From NCBI GenBank assembly GCA_965207885.1, contig OZ242311.1, positions 640,001 through 704,000 on the forward strand: a stretch of 64,000 nucleotides of DNA, written 5' to 3'. Shown piece after piece: positions 57,362-64,000 of this stretch. This stretch comes from Candidatus Latescibacterota bacterium (lineage in GTDB: Bacteria; Latescibacterota; UBA2968). The translations under genes and the position numbers were made by a program. The notes under the pieces were generated by a model. It saw nothing but the letters and a program-made list of their open reading frames with translations, did not search any database and was not told the origin of the DNA. Within the stretch, counting starts at the first letter, position 1; every line of letters begins with the position of its first letter.

Positions 57362-59005
57362 ATGGCAAGAAGAAGAACGAGAAGGACGCGTCGCGATTCG
57401 CACGGGGATCGGCAGAGGTCGTCAGTTGCTGTGGTAGATCGTTTGTTGCATTTGCAGTCGCCCGATGAACGGCCGTGGAAGTTTTTGTTGCCGGTGCTTG
57501 TTTTGGCATTTGCGGTGCGTGCGGCGATTGCGCTGTGTGGCGATTTTGTTTTGCACCCGGATGAGGTGATGCAGTATTTGGAGCCGGCGCATCGTCTGGT
57601 CTTTGGCAGTGGGGTTACTTATTGGGAGTTTTTCTACGGGGCGCGTGCATGGCTGGTGCCGGGGATGGTTGCCGGGATGTTGAAGGTGTTTGACGTTGTT
57701 GGGCTTGGCGAGCCGTTCTGGTATGTGGGTGGTGTCAAGCTGATGTTTTGTGCAATTTCTCTGCTGATTCCAGTGGGGATGTATTTTTTTGCGCGGCGGC
57801 ATTTTGGGGAGTTATCGGCGCGGGTCGCGCTATTGGCGGGTGCGTTCTGGTATGAGTTGGCGGGGTTTGCCCACAAGCCGATGACGGAGTTTGTGGCTAC
57901 GGCTTTGCTGATGGTGTTGCTGGTGCTGTGTGTGCGGTCGTCGGTGGATAGGGTGGGGACGGTCTATCTGGTGGCGCTCATAGCGGTGCTGGTGGCGGCG
58001 GTGCGGTTGCAGTACGCGCCGATTGCATTGTTGTTTTTGGGTGTGTTCTTTTTGAGGACGGGGAAGCGGGTTCATCTCGCGGTTGTTGCAGGTGTGTTTC
58101 TGTTGGCGGTGGGCCTGTTTGATGCGCTGACGTGGGATGGCGGTTTGTTTCATTCCTATATTGCGAATATCCGTTTCAATCTCATCGTTGACCAGGGGCG
58201 CGCTGGCGAGACGCCCATATACCAGTTTTTGTGGTGGTTTTTGCTGACGAGTGTCGGGTTGGGTGCGCTGTGTGTGGTTGTCGCACTGCGCGATCTGCGG
58301 CGTTATGGGTTTTTGCTGGCGATGGTGGCTCTGGTGTTGCTGGTTCATTCTGTGCAGGCGCACAAGGAGTATCGGTTCGTTTTTGCGGTTGTTCCGCTGT
58401 GGCTTGTGATTGGCGCAGATGTGGTTGTGCGAGCCTTCGGGAATGCGCGTGTGTGGGGATTGGTGGGCGTTTTGTTCGCGGCAATTTCGATAGGTGGGGT
58501 TCTGAATGCGCTGCCTGCCCAGGATCAGGTGTATCGCGCTTTTTCCAGGGAGACGGGGAAGATGGGGTTTGTCCGCGGTCAGGATCCGATTTTTGCCGCG
58601 TATCGCTATCTGGCCCACGCGCCCGGTGTTCTGGGCGTGTGGCAGGTTGATCGGCCCTATTATAAGCTCCCCGGATATTACTATTTGCACCGCGAAATAC
58701 CGTTTTACGATGTGTATTCGGGGCGGGAAATAAACAAAAGTCTGGAGATAACAGCGGCCTCGGTTAGCCATATTGTGGCGGCGGATACCAGTCTCGCCAA
58801 TCCCATTTTCGGCTATACGGTGGAGAAGCAATTCGGCGATGTCCAGATCTGGCGCCGCGACGAGAATGATGCGCCGGTCCGTCAATGGGAGACGTACAAT
58901 CCGATCATCGTCATCGGTTTGAAACGGGTTTTGGCGCACCTCTATCCCAATGCGCCAAAACCTCCGGCTAATAGTGGTATCAGATTCGCGGCTGAAAGCA
59001 GGTAA
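57362..59005 (+). CDS. GT22 (PIG-B/Alg9-like) membrane mannosyltransferase
   Basis: HPDEVMQYLEPAHRLVFG..V.YWEF..G.R, HS...HKEYRF. Confidence 0.8.
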   Translation: MARRRTRRTRRDSHGDRQRSSVAVVDRLLHLQSPDERPWKFLLPVLVLAFAVRAAIALCGDFVLHPDEVMQYLEPAHRLVFGSGVTYWEFFYGARAWLVPGMVAGMLKVFDVVGLGEPFWYVGGVKLMFCAISLLIPVGMYFFARRHFGELSARVALLAGAFWYELAGFAHKPMTEFVATALLMVLLVLCVRSSVDRVGTVYLVALIAVLVAAVRLQYAPIALLFLGVFFLRTGKRVHLAVVAGVFLLAVGLFDALTWDGGLFHSYIANIRFNLIVDQGRAGETPIYQFLWWFLLTSVGLGALCVVVALRDLRRYGFLLAMVALVLLVHSVQAHKEYRFVFAVVPLWLVIGADVVVRAFGNARVWGLVGVLFAAISIGGVLNALPAQDQVYRAFSRETGKMGFVRGQDPIFAAYRYLAHAPGVLGVWQVDRPYYKLPGYYYLHREIPFYDVYSGREINKSLEITAASVSHIVAADTSLANPIFGYTVEKQFGDVQIWRRDENDAPVRQWETYNPIIVIGLKRVLAHLYPNAPKPPANSGIRFAAESR

Positions 59006-59022
59006 ATTGTTAGAGGTGATCC

Positions 59023-61002
59023 TTGGCTAATCGCAAGCAGTCTCGACAGCGATATCCGCACTTCGGCTATCGAATTGCCCTGCTTGCGGCAGTGTGCTTT
59101 GTCTTGCCGCAGGTGGTCATTGCCAATTCGCTACTTCACCACTTCTACATCTACGGTGCCCCTCTTTACGATGCTGGCTGGTTTGCCTACTGGATGACCC
59201 ATGCGCTGACGCTGGATGTTACGAGTATTCCCAGCATAGAAGATGTCCCGATGCCGATGCTGGGGCGTCACGTTTTCCTTTTTTTTCTTCCTCTTTCATG
59301 GATTTACCAGATATTTTCGTGGTTTCTGTCCGAGCAGATCTATTTTTCAATCGTGCAGGGTGCGTGGGCAGGGATGGTCAGTTTAGCGGTTTTTTTAATC
59401 GGCTATAGGGCGATGAATTGCTGGCTACTTGCGGTTGTATCCGTCGCCACCGGGCTAAACCCATTTGTGTTTACATCGACCAGTTTTCCCCATGTGGAGA
59501 TGGCGATGCCCGCATTTATCGCCCTGTTTATCGCTTCATGGATACGTCTGCGTGAACACCGTCGTTTGTGGTGGATGCCCTTTTTGCCACTGGCCGGTCT
59601 GCTCAGTGTCAGAGAGGATGCGGGGTTGCAAGGGGCCTGTTTGTTCATTCTGCTGACCGCGTACTTCTGGTGGCGCGTACGGGAGCGGCGGGACTTATGC
59701 CGGTTTTTTGGGCTGGTGTCCCTTGTTTGCATTGGGTACAGCGTTGTGGCATTTCTGGTGCGGCAGTCCTTCTCTGCCGGCGACGACACTATCGTGTGGA
59801 AGTTTGTCGGTTCGCCGCCCTACGCGCACCTGACCTTTGACCTGATTTGGGAACGGTTGGCCTTTATCGCGTCCAACCGTGAGTATGTGTACATCCCCAT
59901 GCTGGCGTTGGCTTTGCTCGCTGTCCTGCAAAGAAGCCTGTTGCCCCTGATCGCAGCGGTTTCGGTTTTGCCGTGGATGCTGTGGCATTTGATAGCGAAA
60001 GACCCGCTGGCTGGCACTTTTTTTCCCTATACGATGGCACCGGTGATGGTGGTGATGTTCTGGCCCCTATCGTCCGCCTTGCTGCGGAAGATGACGCAGG
60101 AGCCGGATGCTGCGCGGAAACACTCTGACCGACAAGGAGAATCAACGCCACCGAAATTCTGGTCAAAGATCACGGCGCAGTTTGATCGCCGACATATTCT
60201 GATTGCCGCTCTGCTGCAACTGGTTCTTTGTGTGTCTCTGACCGCTACCCTGACGGGTAACGACAATGTCCGCAAGATGGTCGTGCGCGATGGGTTCAGT
60301 TTTTCGTATATGGACAAGATCGCGCCAGTTGACCACGCGACCGATATAGTCCACAGGCTTATTGTCGATAATGCGATGGGCGAGTTTATTATGGACGAGG
60401 CGATGGCATCACTAATTTTGACGGATGTGCGACCTCACAATGTCCTGTCCCACGAATACTCTAAGTTTCAATATTTTGACGCTGCTGAGAGCGCAATCAC
60501 CTTTTCGTCGGGATTTCAGCCGTACTTTCAGCATGTAAATGACCGATTCGTTTATCACTATCCACAGGCAGATATTTATATTGTGAGCAAAAATGCTATT
60601 GTCGCGCTGGACGACACGCCCTTTGAACTGCAGAAGCTGTCTGAGGATGGTCGCGATTCTGCTGCGTTTAAGGCAGGCTGGCTCGGTACCAACCTCGGTC
60701 CGCTGAGTATCGGACAAAGTTCAAGTGTGCTGGTAGATGCAAATAGCGACGCAACGCTGTGCTTTGCTGTTCTGGCGCCGCTTCACCCGCCAGAGCATCC
60801 GTTGGAAGTCGCTATCTCATACGCTGGCGTGCCGACGCAGTCGCTCCAATTGGATAATAAGACGAGGAAGGACGCGTGTATTTCGATGTCGGAGTTGTCC
60901 GGCGATGTGCGCGTGCGCTTCAGCGTTGCCAACCCGCACCAGAGTAAGGACGAGTTCAACGGCGGTGGTCTCTCCATCACCGATATCGCGTGGCGGGAAT
61001 GA
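59023..61002 (+). CDS. Polytopic membrane protein, probable GT-C (DUF2079-like)
   Basis: YDAGWF, LGRH, FPHVE, VREDAG; soluble C-terminal domain. Confidence 0.6.
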   Translation: MANRKQSRQRYPHFGYRIALLAAVCFVLPQVVIANSLLHHFYIYGAPLYDAGWFAYWMTHALTLDVTSIPSIEDVPMPMLGRHVFLFFLPLSWIYQIFSWFLSEQIYFSIVQGAWAGMVSLAVFLIGYRAMNCWLLAVVSVATGLNPFVFTSTSFPHVEMAMPAFIALFIASWIRLREHRRLWWMPFLPLAGLLSVREDAGLQGACLFILLTAYFWWRVRERRDLCRFFGLVSLVCIGYSVVAFLVRQSFSAGDDTIVWKFVGSPPYAHLTFDLIWERLAFIASNREYVYIPMLALALLAVLQRSLLPLIAAVSVLPWMLWHLIAKDPLAGTFFPYTMAPVMVVMFWPLSSALLRKMTQEPDAARKHSDRQGESTPPKFWSKITAQFDRRHILIAALLQLVLCVSLTATLTGNDNVRKMVVRDGFSFSYMDKIAPVDHATDIVHRLIVDNAMGEFIMDEAMASLILTDVRPHNVLSHEYSKFQYFDAAESAITFSSGFQPYFQHVNDRFVYHYPQADIYIVSKNAIVALDDTPFELQKLSEDGRDSAAFKAGWLGTNLGPLSIGQSSSVLVDANSDATLCFAVLAPLHPPEHPLEVAISYAGVPTQSLQLDNKTRKDACISMSELSGDVRVRFSVANPHQSKDEFNGGGLSITDIAWRE

Positions 61003-61126
61003 AGGTAGCGAGATAGGAGAGGTGTGAGTGGGGATATTTGGGATGACAAGTATAAATTATTTGTCTATGTTGTGCAGGTGCAATAAGAAAAAATAAATGT
61101 CTGACAGACGATGGGAGTGACTAAAG

Positions 61127-61906
61127 ATGAAGGCAGTTATTCTGGCAGGTGGCCTGGGTACGCGCCTGGCGGAAGAAACAACGACCAGGCCAAAGCCGAT
61201 GGTCGAAATCGGCGGGCAGCCCATGCTCTGGCATATTATGAAAATATACCAGCAGCACGGGGTGTCCGATTTTATTGTGTGCCTGGGGTACAAAGGCGAT
61301 GTGATCAAGCAATATTTCCTCAATTACCGCAGCTATGTTTCAGATGTTTTTGTCGATCTTGCCAGTGGTAAGGTCGATTACGGCAAAGACCAGGTCGAGC
61401 CATGGCGCGTGACGCTTGCCGATACCGGGGAGAGAACGCAGACGGGGGGGCGGATCAGGCGCGTGCGCGACTATATCGGGGATGAGACCTTTTGTATGAC
61501 TTATGGCGATGCGGTTACGGATCTGGATATTGGGCGGGTGGTTGATTTTCACCTGTCGCACGGGAAAATGGCGACGGTTACGGCGGTGCGGCCTATCGCG
61601 CGTTTCGGAACGATAGAGTTGGATGGGCATCTCGTGTCGCATTTTGAAGAGAAACCTCCGGACGAAGGCGGGTGGGTCAATGGTGGTTTTTTCGTTCTGT
61701 CTCCCGGTGTTTTCGATCTCATTGACGGCGATGACGTTGTGTGGGAGCACTTCCCTATGCAGCACCTGGCCGCGGAAGGCGAATTGGCTGCCTATCTTCA
61801 CGATGGGTTCTGGCACTGCATGGATACGCCTCGGGACAAGCTCAATTTGGAAGAGTTGTGGGACAGCGGGAATCCGCCCTGGACGACCTGGAAAGGGGCG
61901 GTTTGA
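61127..61906 (+). CDS. rfbF: Glucose-1-phosphate cytidylyltransferase
   Basis: ILAGGLGTRL.EET..RPKPMVEIGG, TGGRI, TYGD, GFWHCMDT.RD. Confidence 0.95.
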   Translation: MKAVILAGGLGTRLAEETTTRPKPMVEIGGQPMLWHIMKIYQQHGVSDFIVCLGYKGDVIKQYFLNYRSYVSDVFVDLASGKVDYGKDQVEPWRVTLADTGERTQTGGRIRRVRDYIGDETFCMTYGDAVTDLDIGRVVDFHLSHGKMATVTAVRPIARFGTIELDGHLVSHFEEKPPDEGGWVNGGFFVLSPGVFDLIDGDDVVWEHFPMQHLAAEGELAAYLHDGFWHCMDTPRDKLNLEELWDSGNPPWTTWKGAV

Positions 61907-62991
61907 TGAACTGGCAGGGAAGGCGGGTCTTTGTGACCGGGCATACCGGATTTAAGGGCGGATGGCTGAGTTTGTGGTTGCACGAGGTCGGGGCACACGT
62001 ATTTGGTTATGGCCTGTTGCCGGAATCTGAGCCAAATTTGTTTGCGGCTGCGGGTATTGATCGCTTTGTTGACAGTACAATAGCCGATGTTCGGGATCTT
62101 TCCGCAGTGTGCGAAGCCCTGTCTCGTAGCGAGGCAGAGGTCGTGTTCCACCTTGCGGCTCAGCCACTGGTGCAACGCGGCTATGCAGATCCCATTGGGA
62201 CTTATTCGACGAATGTTATGGGTACGGCTCACGTCCTGGAGGCGGCTCGGGAGTGCGAGCGTGTGCGGGCGGTGGTTGTGGTGACGACGGATAAGTGTTA
62301 CGAGAGCAGGGAATGGGTTTGGGGGTATCGGGAAAATGATCGGCTGGGGGGAGACGATCCATATAGCAGCAGCAAGGCGTGTGCCGAGTTGTTGGCGCAG
62401 GCTTATCGACGGTCTTTTACCGGGGAGGATAAGCGGGATTTGCTGATTGCTACGGCGCGGGCGGGAAATGTCATTGGCGGTGGAGACTGGGCGCGAGATC
62501 GGTTGATTCCCGATGCTGTGCGCGCTTTTGGGGCGGGGGAGGTGTTGTTGATTCGCGCGCCCCATGCGGTGCGCCCGTGGCAGCATGTGTTGGAACCGAT
62601 CGGTGGGTATATCGCTCTGGCAGAGCGGTTGTTGAAAGGCGAGGCGAGACAGGCCGGTGCGTTTAATTTTGGTCCGATGCCGGGCAATGCTCGGTCTGTG
62701 CAAGAGGTCGTCGATGCTGTGGCAGAGTTGTGGGGAAATGGGGCGCAGTACAGGATTGATTGTCGGGAGTATCCGCCTGAGACGCGGTTGTTGTCTATCG
62801 ATAGTACAAAGGCGATGACGATGTTGGATTGGTGCCCGCGGCTGGATATGGTGACAACTTTGAAGATGACGGTTGATTGGTACAGGGCGCACTTGAGGGC
62901 CGCGGATATGAGCTGCGTGACCCGTGAACAGATCTGCGCTTATATGGAAATGCAAGCAATGCCTTTTGATGAGATCTATGGTGAATGTTAA
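61906..62991 (+). CDS. rfbG: CDP-glucose 4,6-dehydratase
   Basis: VTGHTGFKGGWL, HLAAQPLV, TTDKCY, DPYSSSKA, RPWQHVLEP. Confidence 0.95.
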   Translation: MNWQGRRVFVTGHTGFKGGWLSLWLHEVGAHVFGYGLLPESEPNLFAAAGIDRFVDSTIADVRDLSAVCEALSRSEAEVVFHLAAQPLVQRGYADPIGTYSTNVMGTAHVLEAARECERVRAVVVVTTDKCYESREWVWGYRENDRLGGDDPYSSSKACAELLAQAYRRSFTGEDKRDLLIATARAGNVIGGGDWARDRLIPDAVRAFGAGEVLLIRAPHAVRPWQHVLEPIGGYIALAERLLKGEARQAGAFNFGPMPGNARSVQEVVDAVAELWGNGAQYRIDCREYPPETRLLSIDSTKAMTMLDWCPRLDMVTTLKMTVDWYRAHLRAADMSCVTREQICAYMEMQAMPFDEIYGEC

Positions 62992-64000
62992 AGGACTATC
63001 CGAACGGATACGCGGCCAGCCATACGCGATGCTTTCGTTGTGCGCTTTTGGTGTGGCCGCCTATCTGTGTCTGGTGAATTTGGACTACGCTGGCTTGTGG
63101 CACGACGAGGGAGTGGTATCGTTTATCGGCAAGAATTTGCTGGAACAGGGCGATATCGTCGGCTGGGATGGTCGCAATTTGGTGGGCGGTACCAATGGAA
63201 ATGCCTTGAATGAAGATTTGCGCGACGTTGCGCCGCCGGTGCAGTATTTCCTTACTGCGACGGGGTTCGCCATCTTTGGCGTCAACGAGATCGGCGCACG
63301 GGTGTTGCACGCGCTGGCAGGGATATTCGCGCTGGGATTTTTCTACCTGATTCTGCGGCAACAACTGTCCGACAGTCCGCGTTTGGTGTTTTTTATTTTT
63401 CTTTTTTCTGCATGGTCCGTACAATTGTTGTTGTATTTTCGGCAGGCACGCTATTACGGTATCGTTGTGTTGTGCCTGATGGCGGGTTTTTATTTTTATG
63501 AACGCTACTGGCAAACCAAAAAGCCCGTTTGTCTCGCTGCGGTGACGCTTATTTCCGCACTCGCGTTTTTCAGTCACTACGCCGGTGGGACGGCGATGAT
63601 GCTTTCGCTGGCTGCGTATCACCTCATTTTTCGCAGGCGGGAGACCGCGAAGCGGGAGTGGGTGACTTTTGGGTGTTGCGGTATCGCGGTGGGCGCACTC
63701 GGCTCGGCGTATCTCATGTTTATTGGGCTGATCGGTGGTGGGCGCGATCCAATGGCATCGTTTCTCACCGCGGATTTCGGGGAATATCAAGGCGCAGTAC
63801 CCCTGTTTCTTCTCAAAGTCTGGATTTGCGTGCGCGATTTGTTCGCCGCAGATTGGATTTCGTGGACTGTGTTTCTCTGGTTTATGGTATTTCTCGTCTA
63901 TCGAAAGTCCGTTGTGCGGTCGCGCAGGCGTTCTGGACGGAGGAGGCGCACGGAAGTACGTGGCGAGGACCTGCCCGTGACTGCGGTGGGCAAAATCGTC
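62978..64000 (+). CDS. GT-C membrane glycosyltransferase, N-terminal part (runs off window)
   Basis: Manual translation MVNVKGLSER...NLDYAGLWHDEG; WxDE loop, RQARYY, many TM segments. Confidence 0.75.
   Translation, partial: MVNVKGLSERIRGQPYAMLSLCAFGVAAYLCLVNLDYAGLWHDEGVVSFIGKNLLEQGDIVGWDGRNLVGGTNGNALNEDLRDVAPPVQYFLTATGFAIFGVNEIGARVLHALAGIFALGFFYLILRQQLSDSPRLVFFIFLFSAWSVQLLLYFRQARYYGIVVLCLMAGFYFYERYWQTKKPVCLAAVTLISALAFFSHYAGGTAMMLSLAAYHLIFRRRETAKREWVTFGCCGIAVGALGSAYLMFIGLIGGGRDPMASFLTADFGEYQGAVPLFLLKVWICVRDLFAADWISWTVFLWFMVFLVYRKSVVRSRRRSGRRRRTEVRGEDLPVTAVGKIV

Overview
Bacterial chromosome segment with strong strand bias (G/T-rich + strand); an FCB-group/Latescibacterota-like origin is my inference only. 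The backbone carries serS (partial), a surface-glycan cluster (epimerases, GT2, GT4s, flippase, GT-C proteins), a his operon interrupted by two unrelated genes, uvrC, xerD, an M24 peptidase, a DegP-type protease, a sigma-54 activator, a large TPR protein, ispE-rplY-pth-hppA-rpsF-rpsR-rplI, a formylglycine-generating enzyme, a small toxin-antitoxin island and a second glycan cluster with rfbF/rfbG. Mobile DNA with visible ends: a 4.94 kb IS1595-family cargo transposon (29 bp TIRs, 8 bp TSD) containing a nested IS5, two apparently identical IS4 copies (9 bp TSDs) and a stand-alone tnpB. Best candidates for new biology: (1) about 17 covarying CGTCA...TCCAG palindromic repeats, densest just upstream of a small GIY-YIG nuclease gene; (2) a predicted ~400 nt structured RNA plus unusual small cargo genes inside the IS1595 element; (3) a secreted four-Cache-domain protein beside an NCS2 permease with an HATPase/anti-sigma-like tail, each broken by its own insertion; (4) an unannotated 55 aa ORF behind a consensus sigma-54 promoter. 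All calls were made by eye, without database searches.
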